NCBI GenBank assembly: GCA_041674105.1
Contig: JBAYWK010000004.1
Location: forward strand, 1 to 58,287
DNA length: 58,287 nt
Direction: 5' to 3'
Source of the DNA: Minisyncoccota bacterium
GTDB taxonomy: Bacteria; Patescibacteriota; Minisyncoccia; Phycocordibacterales; DATDWN01
The notes beneath the pieces were generated by a model. It had not been told where the DNA came from and made no database searches. It saw only the letters and a program-made list of their open reading frames with translations. Of this stretch, positions 47,700-57,199 are shown in pieces (the stretch's first letter is position 1; every line of letters begins with the position of its first letter). The position numbers and the translations under genes are program-made.

Positions 47700-47739
47700 A
47701 TATTAAAAATATCAACATTATAGTATACTCATTTTGTCT

Positions 47740-47824
47740 GGAGGAGTGGCAGAGCGGTCGAATGCGCTCGCTTGGAAAGCGGGTATACCGCAAGGTATCG
47801 CAGGTTCGAATCCTGTCTCCTCCG
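47740..47824 (+). tRNA. tRNA-Ser(GGA)
   Basis: GGAGGAG acceptor stem, anticodon arm CTCGC-TT-GGA-AA-GCGGG, long variable arm (atacc-gcaa-ggtat), GGTTCGAATCC; CCA not encoded. Confidence 0.96.
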
Positions 47825-47870
47825 CAGAATTTTAGAATTGAATCTCTCAAAAGTTTAACTACTAGATAGA

Positions 47871-48278
47871 CTAGTTTGCTACACAATTACGATATTCAAG
47901 ATCCATAGCATTATTACGCATTATAATAACTTGATTACCTTTGCTCCAAAAAACAAACGACTCGTCCTCATTTGCATAGCGAGTGCCGTCTGCGGAAATA
48001 GTTTGGTGGAGTGTGGAAGTTGCTTGACCGTTTAGAGAGACTTCAGCGCTACCTGTAGGAACAGGAGGTTCACCTGGTGCAGGCTTTGCCGGCTCGGGGC
48101 CTTCTATGTATGTAACAGTGACAGTCTTTTTTTGATCGCAACTATAAGTAATCGTTTGTAGTGAATGAGATGATGTGTCTGTCACAGGCAATACTGGTTT
48201 TTTAAAATAGCCTCCAAACACCCACACACCAAGTGCTACAATGATAATGACTATAAAAACAATTATGGTGTTTTTCAT
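47871..48278 (-). CDS. Membrane-anchored MliC/PliC-like lysozyme-inhibitor domain protein (start moved to ATG 48278)
   Basis: TM then YSCD...LHQTISADGTRY...FWSKG...C. Confidence 0.8.
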   Translation of the reverse strand: MKNTIIVFIVIIIVALGVWVFGGYFKKPVLPVTDTSSHSLQTITYSCDQKKTVTVTYIEGPEPAKPAPGEPPVPTGSAEVSLNGQATSTLHQTISADGTRYANEDESFVFWSKGNQVIIMRNNAMDLEYRNCVAN

Positions 48279-48393
48279 ACTGTTAGTATAACAAATTTTT
48301 TGACAACACTCTATAATTAAATGGTAGTATTGTATTATGAAAAAACCTACCATTTATACCGTTGACCACTCCATTTATTCAATAAGCCCAACC

Positions 48394-49056
48394 CTACTTC
48401 TCTTCCTCAATTAAACCATCTTTGAGCCAGATGACTCTGTCTACATATTTTCTATCCTCTGGTTCGTGTGTCACAACTAAAATTGTTTGCTTCAATTCTT
48501 TATTAAGTTTTTGAAAAAGTTTAAAAACAATTTCTGATGAAACTGTATCAAGGTTAGCCGTTGGCTCATCAGCAAAAAGTACTTTTGGGTTATTTATAAG
48601 TGACCGTGCAATAGCAACTCGTTGTTGTTCACCCCCAGACATTTCACTTGGATAATGGCTTATCCTCTCTCCCAAACCAACTAAATCTAAAAGATGCTCT
48701 GCTCGTTTTTTAGCCACTTCATCTCCAGAAGCCATTGCTGGAAAATAAACATTTTCAAGGGCTGTAAACTCTGCGATTAAGGCATATTCTTGGAAAACAT
48801 ATCCTAAATGCTCAAGCCTAAATTTGGTTCTCTCTTCATCGGACAAAGACAAGACATCTGATTTATTGATAACAACACTACCAGAGGTTGGTTTATCAAG
48901 AAGACCCAGTTGATGTAAAAGAGTTGATTTACCTGACCCACTTCTTCCCATAAGTGCCACGAGCTCCCCTTCAGCGATTTCAAGTGTAACACCTTTGAGC
49001 GCTTGTGTTGGAATTTTCCCTGGATATGTTTTTATAAGATTTTCTACTTTTATCAT
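48394..49056 (-). CDS. ABC transporter ATP-binding protein (MacB/LolD-like)
   Basis: GRSGSGKST, MSGGEQQRVAIARSL, FADEPTANLD, VVTHE. Confidence 0.92.
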   Translation of the reverse strand: MIKVENLIKTYPGKIPTQALKGVTLEIAEGELVALMGRSGSGKSTLLHQLGLLDKPTSGSVVINKSDVLSLSDEERTKFRLEHLGYVFQEYALIAEFTALENVYFPAMASGDEVAKKRAEHLLDLVGLGERISHYPSEMSGGEQQRVAIARSLINNPKVLFADEPTANLDTVSSEIVFKLFQKLNKELKQTILVVTHEPEDRKYVDRVIWLKDGLIEEEK

Positions 49057-49064
49057 ATATTTTA

Positions 49065-50294
49065 TTAACCCCAAATTGATTTAAGAATGTTTTCTCTTGC
49101 TACAATCTTGGCAGGAATAAATCCCGCTAAAACCCCTGCAATGATTAAACTTGCGATATTTATAAAAATTCCAAGGGAAGTATAAGCCAAACTGGCATTA
49201 CCAAATGGCATTGGAATAGGTCGTGCAGTAAGAAAAGGAATAACTATTAAAAATATCACTATAGTTCCGCCTATAACACCTAAAATCGCATAGAAAAGGG
49301 ACTGAATGACATACGACAGTTCTATAATACTTTCCTTTATCCCAATAGCTTTCAAAATACCTATCTGTCTACGCTTGCTGACGGCATTTACATAAATCAT
49401 AACGAATATAGTTATAGCGGCTACAATAATACTGATGATGCTTACAATAATTGCAATAACATTGAAAGCCGAGACCAGTACGCCCACGGTTGATAGGCGG
49501 TCAATATATGTCTCGGTTGTAAGCTCCGGTAAAATAGATTGAATCCGGTCAATATAATATGCTAAAGAGTTTTTAGTTAGATCCACCTTGACCATAATCT
49601 CAGAAGCATTGTTATATGTTGAAAGTACTGCTTCCGCTTCCTTTGTTGATATAAATGCGGTACTACCAATTCCTCCTATGGTTATTTTAAATATCCCCTT
49701 GATCGTATATGTTCGCATTATTCCATTTACATAAGTCACTTGCACTTTATTGCCCACAGTAGCACCACCCAGATCGTTTGTTTGTTTTGTACCAAAACCA
49801 CCAGAAAGGTTTGCTCCTAGTATTATTTCATCTTTTTTTAGATCATCGGGAAATTCCCCAGAGATCATATTTTTATTTACCTCTAAGACATTTTTTTCTT
49901 CTGACTGTGTTATACCGATTATTGGGGCAGAGACATATTTGAATCTACCATTATTTTCTTTATCATAAGCAAAAGAACCCCCCAATTGATAATGACTGGC
50001 GGTAGAAATAATACCTGGAATAGTTTGGATTTGTGCGCGCACACTGTCTGCGTCAAGAATAAAATCCTTACGAGTTGGCTCTTGTTGTGGCATAACAATA
50101 ATATGAGCCGTCGAAGTGTCTACCATAGATCTCATAATCCCATCAGAAAAACCTGAGAGAAAACCCGAAACAAACATTAGATTAAAGAAGGAAAGTGATA
50201 AAATAAAAATAATAAGAGCCACTGTAGATTTATGACCTTTGGTGATAGTTTTATAAGCTATAAATAAAGCCGTTTTTATATCGGTCTTACTCAT
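49065..50294 (-). CDS. ABC transporter permease (FtsX/MacB-like)
   Basis: TM1, large extracytoplasmic domain, three C-terminal TMs; RRQIGILKAIG motif. Confidence 0.88.
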   Translation of the reverse strand: MSKTDIKTALFIAYKTITKGHKSTVALIIFILSLSFFNLMFVSGFLSGFSDGIMRSMVDTSTAHIIVMPQQEPTRKDFILDADSVRAQIQTIPGIISTASHYQLGGSFAYDKENNGRFKYVSAPIIGITQSEEKNVLEVNKNMISGEFPDDLKKDEIILGANLSGGFGTKQTNDLGGATVGNKVQVTYVNGIMRTYTIKGIFKITIGGIGSTAFISTKEAEAVLSTYNNASEIMVKVDLTKNSLAYYIDRIQSILPELTTETYIDRLSTVGVLVSAFNVIAIIVSIISIIVAAITIFVMIYVNAVSKRRQIGILKAIGIKESIIELSYVIQSLFYAILGVIGGTIVIFLIVIPFLTARPIPMPFGNASLAYTSLGIFINIASLIIAGVLAGFIPAKIVARENILKSIWG

Positions 50295-50295
50295 A

Positions 50296-51834
50296 TTATT
50301 TTTTATTACCGAGAACAACTTGCTCACCCAAAGAAAGACCTGATGTGATTTCAATCATACCTAAATCATTTTTGATCCCAGTAGTTACTTCTTTATCAAT
50401 AACTTGTTTTTCTTCAAAAACTTGAACAATTTTTTTACCATCTTTATCCTGCACAGCACTTACTGGAACGAAAAGAGTATTCTCGGAAATAGCCGTTTCA
50501 ATCCAGACATTGGCTGTCATACCAGACTTGATCCTTTCATCCATTTTCTCAAAAAGAACTGTGGTTTTATAATATACAGCACCACCAATAATAGTTTCTG
50601 CTGGATCTATGGCCACCACTTTACCAAAAAACTCTTCTTTATCAATTGAATCAAATGTAATCCTGGCTTCTTGTCCAACTCGGACATTTACAATATTGTC
50701 TTCCACAACATTCAATTTAATCTGAAGTGCTCCACCGGTAGCAAGTGAGATAATGGTCTTGTCCGGACCAACAACCTCACCAACCTCACCATTTACCTCG
50801 GTCACTACACCAGATAAAGGGGCAGAAATTATTAAATCTTCTCTTAGGGATTGGGTTCTTTGTAGAGAAGCTTTGGCTTGGCTAATTTGTGATTGATACA
50901 CTGCAATATCGGAAGGTCGTGCAGGAGCCTTCTTTAATGCTAGATGACTTTCGGCCGTTTTCAACCCTGCTTCTTTCGCTTTGAGATTTTCTCCCGCAAT
51001 TAGAAGATTAGAAATTGCAATATCTATATTTGTTCTGGCTGTAGAAATATCAGTTTTCCATTTATCAATTGTTGTCTGAGAAGTATTGGAGCTCGGGGTG
51101 AGGGCATTTACCAACAGTGCTATTTTTTCAATAAATGATTTAACCTGATTAGTGTTTTGCTCTGCAATAAGATAGCTAGAGGAAAGGTCATCTTGTGCAG
51201 AAATTGTACCAAGTGAGTTGACCCATTTATTTAAAGCTTCTTCAATTAAAACCCTACCACCTTCAACATCATTTTCAAGCTGTCCATTTGAAGAGATAAA
51301 AACCAATTGCGGACTGGAAGTCTTTGGATTACTAAACAACTGATCAGTTTTCCCGCGTACCGCATCATCAGATTTAGTATAAGAATTATTTACTTTATCA
51401 ATAAGACTATATTTGGCGTCCTGCAGTGCTTGCTTAGCATTTGTTACCGCCGTCTCGGACAAATTAATATCTTCTACAGACACCCCACTAAGTAGCTGAT
51501 CCAATTTCGCCTTCTGTAAATCTATACTGGCTTGCATTTCAAAAACCTGAGCGTCAAGCTGGGTACTATCTTGTTTAGCAAGGACATCACCGGCAGAGAC
51601 CTTGTCTGAGACTTTTGCATTCATTGAAACTAACTTTCCACTACTTCTAAAATGTAAATCAATTTTGGTTGGTGACTCAACTTTTCCACTAGCTGAAACC
51701 TCTTGAATCATATTGCCTCTTTGAACTACAGCCAATTCATACGGTATATTATTGGCTCGTCTGATTAAAAAAATTGTCGCACCGGCTAAAACAATGATAA
51801 TAATTCCTGCGATTAAAAGAGACTTTTTGTTCAT
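50296..51834 (-). CDS. Efflux periplasmic adaptor subunit (HlyD/MacA-like)
   Basis: VSASGKV, lipoyl-like halves, long hairpin coil, ISAPLSGVV, IKSGMTANV. Confidence 0.88.
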   Translation of the reverse strand: MNKKSLLIAGIIIIVLAGATIFLIRRANNIPYELAVVQRGNMIQEVSASGKVESPTKIDLHFRSSGKLVSMNAKVSDKVSAGDVLAKQDSTQLDAQVFEMQASIDLQKAKLDQLLSGVSVEDINLSETAVTNAKQALQDAKYSLIDKVNNSYTKSDDAVRGKTDQLFSNPKTSSPQLVFISSNGQLENDVEGGRVLIEEALNKWVNSLGTISAQDDLSSSYLIAEQNTNQVKSFIEKIALLVNALTPSSNTSQTTIDKWKTDISTARTNIDIAISNLLIAGENLKAKEAGLKTAESHLALKKAPARPSDIAVYQSQISQAKASLQRTQSLREDLIISAPLSGVVTEVNGEVGEVVGPDKTIISLATGGALQIKLNVVEDNIVNVRVGQEARITFDSIDKEEFFGKVVAIDPAETIIGGAVYYKTTVLFEKMDERIKSGMTANVWIETAISENTLFVPVSAVQDKDGKKIVQVFEEKQVIDKEVTTGIKNDLGMIEITSGLSLGEQVVLGNKK

Positions 51835-51951
51835 AGAATATGATTATTTAATAAATTAGTTAGTTGGACATTTTTTAATGGTCTTGATAATATCAAATCG
51901 ATAAGTTTATATGATTTCTTTGTGACTTATTATCTTAATCATAAAGCAATC

Positions 51952-51964
51952 GCATAAACTATGC
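51952..51964. promoter_or_regulatory. Possible MarR operator in the divergent intergenic region
   Basis: GCATA-N3-TATGC palindrome between the efflux operon and marR; short, so it could be chance. Confidence 0.3.
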
Positions 51965-51988
51965 AAGAGCATTATCCTATAAAGATTT

Positions 51989-52510
51989 ATGTCCCAAAAA
52001 AAACCAGCTACACGCAAAAAAATAATAGATAGCCTAATATCCTCCCTCCACAAAGAAACTCGTGCAGCGACGCTTTTTGTGCATACAATATCTGAAATAA
52101 CAGGAATACATCCTACAGATATAAAATGTTTGGATTTTTTAAGTGAAGTTCACTCTGCAACTGCTGGTGAACTGGCTAAAATCACCGGCCTTACAACCGG
52201 TGCAATCACAGCAGTTATTGATAGGTTAGAAAGTGCTGGCTTTGTAAAACGCGAAGCAGATGTAAAAGATAGAAGAAAAATAATTATTAGATTTATAGCA
52301 GGAAGACCAAATCATTTAGGGTTGGTACAAGATTTATTTGCAAATAAAATACCGAACCTTCTTTCTACATATAAGACTGATGAAATCAAACTAATTGAAG
52401 AGTGGAATATAAAAATGGCCGAAGTATTACATAATGAAATTGAAAAATTGAAAATTTCTAAAAAAGCCAAAACTTTATCTGCCAAAGAAAAGCGTGCTGT
52501 GTTAAAATAA
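51989..52510 (+). CDS. MarR-family transcriptional regulator
   Basis: TAGELAKITGLTTGAITAVIDRLESAGFVKR..DRRKIII. Confidence 0.92.
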   Translation: MSQKKPATRKKIIDSLISSLHKETRAATLFVHTISEITGIHPTDIKCLDFLSEVHSATAGELAKITGLTTGAITAVIDRLESAGFVKREADVKDRRKIIIRFIAGRPNHLGLVQDLFANKIPNLLSTYKTDEIKLIEEWNIKMAEVLHNEIEKLKISKKAKTLSAKEKRAVLK

Positions 52511-52515
52511 AATCT

Positions 52516-52761
52516 ATGTCCAAAAAAACGACAAAAATGCCTCACGAGATACCGAAAGATTTCCAAAAAGCTATAAATTCCTCCCCTTCTTCCAAAGCGG
52601 TGTGGGAAGATATTACACCACTAGCAAAAAATGAATGGATTTGCTGGATTATTTCTCCCAAAAAATTAGAAACACGAGAGAGAAGGATAAAAATAGGCCT
52701 AAGCAAGCTTTCATCTGGAATGAGAAGACCTTGTTGCTGGGCTGGCTGTCCACATCGTTAA
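52516..52761 (+). CDS. YdeI/OmpD-associated family protein
   Basis: IPKDFQKA..WEDITPLAKNEWICWI..PKKLETRERRI..RPCCWAGC. Confidence 0.85.
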   Translation: MSKKTTKMPHEIPKDFQKAINSSPSSKAVWEDITPLAKNEWICWIISPKKLETRERRIKIGLSKLSSGMRRPCCWAGCPHR

Positions 52762-52770
52762 AGTATCAAA

Positions 52771-53379
52771 ATGATAGATATTTTTTTAACACAAGCAAAT
52801 TACACGCTTTTTATAAATATTGGAATTTTGTTTTTTATACTACTTGTAATCATATCTCAAAATTCAACCCCTTTTGATTATGAATGGAGAAAAAGAACAA
52901 TTAGTGATCTGGCTATACAGGGTTATAAAAATGCATGGATAATGAGGCTGGCATTTATTACCTTTGGTACATTACTTAACATTGGAGTCTTTATCAAGAT
53001 GCACCAAACGAAAAATACAGATTTTGGAGAAGTCTTAATCTTGATACACGGATTTAGTATGTTATTTTCAGGAATATTTTCTACTGCACCAGTTGGAAAT
53101 ATGACACCCTATAAAAACTTTACCGATAAATTCCACTCGGTATTAGCATATGTAGCTGGAATAGCTCTTACAGGATCATCTCTTTTTTATTTCTTTACAA
53201 CAAGTAACCCTGCCAAAATAATACACATATCTTTCTTTATATTAACATTGATGATCACCACTCTCTTTAGTTTGTCCAAAAGAGATGTCCTAAAGATGGA
53301 TCATGGAATCATCCAAAGATTACTTTACTTAAATGGTTTACTTTGGATATTTATAAATTACAATATATTGACACCGTAA
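52771..53379 (+). CDS. DUF998-like multi-pass membrane protein
   Basis: TISDLAIQG..AWIM, FHSVLA, QRLLY; about 5 TMs. Confidence 0.7.
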   Translation: MIDIFLTQANYTLFINIGILFFILLVIISQNSTPFDYEWRKRTISDLAIQGYKNAWIMRLAFITFGTLLNIGVFIKMHQTKNTDFGEVLILIHGFSMLFSGIFSTAPVGNMTPYKNFTDKFHSVLAYVAGIALTGSSLFYFFTTSNPAKIIHISFFILTLMITTLFSLSKRDVLKMDHGIIQRLLYLNGLLWIFINYNILTP

Positions 53380-53396
53380 ATCTATATTTAAATAAA

Positions 53397-53753
53397 ATGA
53401 ATAAATTAACAGCTGAAGAAAAAAGAATAATTATAAACAAAGGTACTGAAGCTCCTTTTTCTGGTGAATATGTTAATAATAAAGAAACAGGTGTTTATGT
53501 TTGTAGACAATGTGAATCTCCACTTTACAACTCTAAAGATAAATTTGAATCTACTTGTGGCTGGCCTAGCTTTGATGATGAAATAGAAGGAGCAATTAAA
53601 AAAACATTAGATTCTGACGGACAAAGGATAGAAATAATCTGTGCAAAATGTGGAGGACACTTGGGGCATGTATTCGAGGGAGAGGGTTTTACAGAAAAAA
53701 ATATTAGACACTGTGTAAACTCTATATCAATGAAATTTATATCTGGGAAATAA
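53397..53753 (+). CDS. msrB: Peptide-methionine (R)-S-oxide reductase (start moved to ATG 53397)
   Basis: KGTEAPFSG, CRQC, CGWPSF, CAKCGGHLGHVF, RHCVNS. Confidence 0.95.
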   Translation: MNKLTAEEKRIIINKGTEAPFSGEYVNNKETGVYVCRQCESPLYNSKDKFESTCGWPSFDDEIEGAIKKTLDSDGQRIEIICAKCGGHLGHVFEGEGFTEKNIRHCVNSISMKFISGK

Positions 53754-53757
53754 AAAT

Positions 53758-54243
53758 ATGATTAAAAAATTAGTACTAGGAGGCGGTTGTTTTTGGGGAT
53801 TGCAAGATCTCATTCGAAAACAAAAAGGAATAATAAATACAACTGCTGGATATTCTGGTGGAATTGTTTCAAACCCAACTTATGAAAATCACGAGGGACA
53901 TGCCGAGGTGGTAGAAATAGAATACGATACAGAAAAAACTTCTTTGAGAAATATTTTAGATTTCTTTTTTCAGATACACAATCCTACAACATTAAACAAA
54001 CAAGGTAATGATATTGGAACATCTTATAGATCGGTTATATTCTATACAAATGAAGAAGAGAAAAAAGAAGCTTTAGATTTTATTGATTTAGTAAATAAAT
54101 CTGGACGATGGGAAAATCCAGTAGTAACAACACTTGAGCCTTTTAAATCTTTTACAAAAGCAGAAGAATACCATCAAGATTATTTATTGAAAAATCCAGG
54201 AGGCTACACTTGTCATGCTATATATTTTGATAGTTATTTGTAA
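53758..54243 (+). CDS. msrA: Peptide-methionine (S)-S-oxide reductase
   Basis: GGGCFWG, GHAEVV, QGNDIGTSYRS, AEEYHQDY. Confidence 0.95.
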   Translation: MIKKLVLGGGCFWGLQDLIRKQKGIINTTAGYSGGIVSNPTYENHEGHAEVVEIEYDTEKTSLRNILDFFFQIHNPTTLNKQGNDIGTSYRSVIFYTNEEEKKEALDFIDLVNKSGRWENPVVTTLEPFKSFTKAEEYHQDYLLKNPGGYTCHAIYFDSYL

Positions 54244-54250
54244 GAAAAAC

Positions 54251-54736
54251 TTACTTTCTTTTATTCAAAATCTCATCTACATCTCTTATTTCTCCCCAAA
54301 TACCATCTATAAGGTCGTATTCTTTGGCTTCCTCCACTGTAACCCACTTAAAATCTACAGTGTCTTCATCCATTTTAACTTCACCAGAAAGATATTTTGC
54401 AAAATAACTAAATACAATAACAGGTATTCCGTCTGGGCGAATAAAAGTAAGATCTACAAGAAACTCTGGTTTATCTATCTCTAGTCCAACCTCTTCTTTT
54501 ATTTCTCTCCTTAGAGATTTTTCTAATGCTCCATACCACTGAGGAGCACCTTTTGTACTAGGTGGAGTATTTATATAATCATTAACTTCAAGTCCCCCGC
54601 CTGGAACAGTCCACTTTCCTGGATGAACTTTTTTATGAGGAGCCCTTTTCGTAATTAAATATCTACCTTCGTTATAAATAATCGTTGTTGTAACAATCCT
54701 ATGAAGCTCTTCATGTATAGGTTTTGCTATGTCCAT
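54251..54736 (-). CDS. NUDIX hydrolase
   Basis: WTVPGGGLE...LRREIKEEVGL. Confidence 0.88.
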   Translation of the reverse strand: MDIAKPIHEELHRIVTTTIIYNEGRYLITKRAPHKKVHPGKWTVPGGGLEVNDYINTPPSTKGAPQWYGALEKSLRREIKEEVGLEIDKPEFLVDLTFIRPDGIPVIVFSYFAKYLSGEVKMDEDTVDFKWVTVEEAKEYDLIDGIWGEIRDVDEILNKRK

Positions 54737-54745
54737 AAGATTATT

Positions 54746-55549
54746 TTAGTTTTGATCGTCAGAATAAGCAACAACTTTGTTTCTTCCACCTCTTTTAGCT
54801 TCATACAGAGCACTATCTGCTTTTTTGTACAATTCTTTAAAATCTAAATCGTCTAGAGAGGAGGCAATTCCAGCACTCATAGTAACCTTAAGTCCTGGAA
54901 TTGAAAAATCTAAACTCTGAACCAACTCTCTTAATTTTTCTGTTTTATCCACTGCACCTTTCTTATCTGCACCAAGTAAAGCTATGGCGATTTCTTCTCC
55001 TCCCCATCTACAAACAATATCCCCTCCTCTGACAGAAGTCTTAAGAGTTTCTGAAACTTTTCTCAAAACTTCATCCCCTATTTCATGACCAAATGTATCA
55101 TTTATATCTTTAAAATGATCAAGATCACATAATACAAAACTTAAATCCTCAAACCCCTTATCCTCTTTTCTTCTTTCAGGCATTTCTTCACCTCTAGTTT
55201 TTTCAATCATACCTAATCTATCACTTACCAACTCTTCAAAAAAATTCCTCTTTTTAAGGCCGGTCAAATCATCTGTAACTTTTTCAATCTCAAGAATTTT
55301 TTTCTCAAACCTCAAATCACCAATTTCTTTTAATAAGTTTGTTATGACTTCTTTATCAAAATCTTTATCCTGACTTTCTAACTTTGCTGATAATTCTATA
55401 GCTATCTCTTCTAGTTTGCTTTTTTGTCCCTCAATCTCTTCCAGTTTTGACTTTAAAAAAGAATTTTCTTCTTCCAAATTCAAAACTCTGTCCTCTAAAG
55501 ACTCTGGACTAGGTATGTCATTATCTAATATCTCAAACGATTCTTTCAT
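54746..55549 (-). CDS. Diguanylate cyclase (coiled coil plus GGDEF domain)
   Basis: DDLTGL, CDLDHFKDINDTFGHEIGD, RGGD I-site, RWGGEEI, ADSALYEAK..GRN. Confidence 0.92.
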   Translation of the reverse strand: MKESFEILDNDIPSPESLEDRVLNLEEENSFLKSKLEEIEGQKSKLEEIAIELSAKLESQDKDFDKEVITNLLKEIGDLRFEKKILEIEKVTDDLTGLKKRNFFEELVSDRLGMIEKTRGEEMPERRKEDKGFEDLSFVLCDLDHFKDINDTFGHEIGDEVLRKVSETLKTSVRGGDIVCRWGGEEIAIALLGADKKGAVDKTEKLRELVQSLDFSIPGLKVTMSAGIASSLDDLDFKELYKKADSALYEAKRGGRNKVVAYSDDQN

Positions 55550-55553
55550 ATTT

Positions 55554-56453
55554 TTATTCTACCTTTAATCCTCTCAGGGCTGCCACTCTTTCTTCCACAG
55601 GTGGATGAGTCATAAATAATTTATGAAGTCCTTTGCTGGCTTTTGCTCCAAATGGATTTGAGATATACATATGAGCAGTTGCATTATTTGCTTTTTTAAG
55701 ACCTTGCCCATAACCAGAAATCTTCTCTAAAGCACTGGCTAAACCCTCTGGGTATCTGGTCAAAAGCGCTCCTGAAGCATCGGCCAGAAACTCTCTTTTT
55801 CTAGAAATGGCAAGCTGGATAAGAGTAGCTACTACAGGGGTGAGGATAGATAAAACTATTCCTGCAATAAGCATTATTAAACCAGCATTTCCATTTCTAT
55901 CATTTGATCTACCCCCAAACATATTTGACCTCAAAAACATATCAGCTAAAAGAGCAACAAAACCTACCAAAACAACAACCACAGTCTGAAGCAAAATATC
56001 TTTGTTTCCTATGTGGGAAAGTTCGTGAGCAATAACCCCTTCTATTTCTGTTTTATCGAGTATTTGTAAAAGTCCAGATGTTACAGCTACAGCACTATGC
56101 TCCTTGTTTCTACCGGTAGCGAAAGCATTTGGAGATGGATCATTTATTACATAGAGCTTTGGCATTGGAAGTCCAGCGGTAATGCAAAGGTTTTCTGTAA
56201 TATTCCAAAGCTCTCTGTTTTCTTCTCTAGACACCTCTTTAGCTCCAGACATAGACAAAACTATCTTGTCGGAAAACCAGTAACTGAAAAAGTTCATTAA
56301 AATACTAAAAATAACAGCAAAATATAAAATCTCTGGAGAAGAATAAAAATAACTGAATCCCCATCCTATAAAAATAACAAAAACAAAAAACAAAGACATT
56401 AAAAGCCAAGTCTTCCTTATGTTTGAATCATAATTTTTATAAAGTGAAGCCAT
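55554..56453 (-). CDS. htpX: HtpX-like M48 zinc metalloprotease
   Basis: PNAFATG, AHELSH (HEXXH), SRKREFLAD, THPPVEER. Confidence 0.9.
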   Translation of the reverse strand: MASLYKNYDSNIRKTWLLMSLFFVFVIFIGWGFSYFYSSPEILYFAVIFSILMNFFSYWFSDKIVLSMSGAKEVSREENRELWNITENLCITAGLPMPKLYVINDPSPNAFATGRNKEHSAVAVTSGLLQILDKTEIEGVIAHELSHIGNKDILLQTVVVVLVGFVALLADMFLRSNMFGGRSNDRNGNAGLIMLIAGIVLSILTPVVATLIQLAISRKREFLADASGALLTRYPEGLASALEKISGYGQGLKKANNATAHMYISNPFGAKASKGLHKLFMTHPPVEERVAALRGLKVE

Positions 56454-56469
56454 ATTTTTTAGATTTTAC

Positions 56470-57030
56470 CTAAAATTTTACTTCTACCGGTTGTCTGGCT
56501 GCTTGTTCATCTTCGCCTAGCTCAAAGAATTCCATTTTTGAGAAATTGAAAACATTAGCAACAATATTTTTTGGAAAGGAATCAACAGCGATGTTTAAAT
56601 CTCTCACATTTGTGTTGTAAAACCTCCTAGATGCTTGGATTTTATTTTCTGTATCAGAAAGTTCCCTTTGAAGTTCTAAAAAGTTTGTATTTGCTTTAAG
56701 TTCTGGATAATTTTCCGCAACAGCAAAAAGACTTTTCAAAGTTCCAGAAAGCATATTTTCTGCTTTACCTTTTTCTTCTACAGTACCTGCATTCATAGCA
56801 GAAGTACGAGCCTCTGTAATCTTTTCAAAAGTAGAGCTCTCGTGTGTAGCATAACCTTTAACAGTATTTACCAAGTTTGGAATAAGGTCGTAACGACGCT
56901 TTAGTTGAACATCAATATCTGCCCAAGCTTCTTTGGCACGGTTTATGAGTTTTACAAAACCATTGTAAGCAGCAATAAACCAAATAAATAAAATAGCTAT
57001 AATACCGATCAATATGTATATTGGATTCAT
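56470..57030 (-). CDS. lemA: LemA family protein
   Basis: WADIDVQLKRRYDLIPNLV, ENYPELKAN, ENKIQASRRFYN. Confidence 0.95.
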   Translation of the reverse strand: MNPIYILIGIIAILFIWFIAAYNGFVKLINRAKEAWADIDVQLKRRYDLIPNLVNTVKGYATHESSTFEKITEARTSAMNAGTVEEKGKAENMLSGTLKSLFAVAENYPELKANTNFLELQRELSDTENKIQASRRFYNTNVRDLNIAVDSFPKNIVANVFNFSKMEFFELGEDEQAARQPVEVKF

Positions 57031-57102
57031 AATTTTATATAAAAGTTTACCTTATTAAATAACAAGCGTATTATAACATAAATTTCCAGATTTTTTGTAT
57101 AG

Positions 57103-57199
57103 AAAAAGCGCAGGCGACACACAAAATGTGTATTACCTGCGCTGTGGACCAAAAGGTCCTAGTTTTTGGCGTTTTTTGTCGAACGCCTGCGGTGGAAAA
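57103..57199. repeat. 97-bp direct repeat, copy 1 (PEP-CTERM basic tail, stop and terminator)
   Basis: Matches 57914-58010 except for one T/C mismatch; contains the agcgcagg...cctgcgct hairpin with a T-tract on minus. Confidence 0.9.

Noticed and set aside
47698-47886. 62-aa minus-strand ORF
   Set aside because: It is the antisense reading of tRNA-Ser(GGA).
47740-54243. Prophage or integrative element at tRNA-Ser
   Set aside because: No integrase, phage gene or duplicated tRNA 3' end (attR) was seen downstream.
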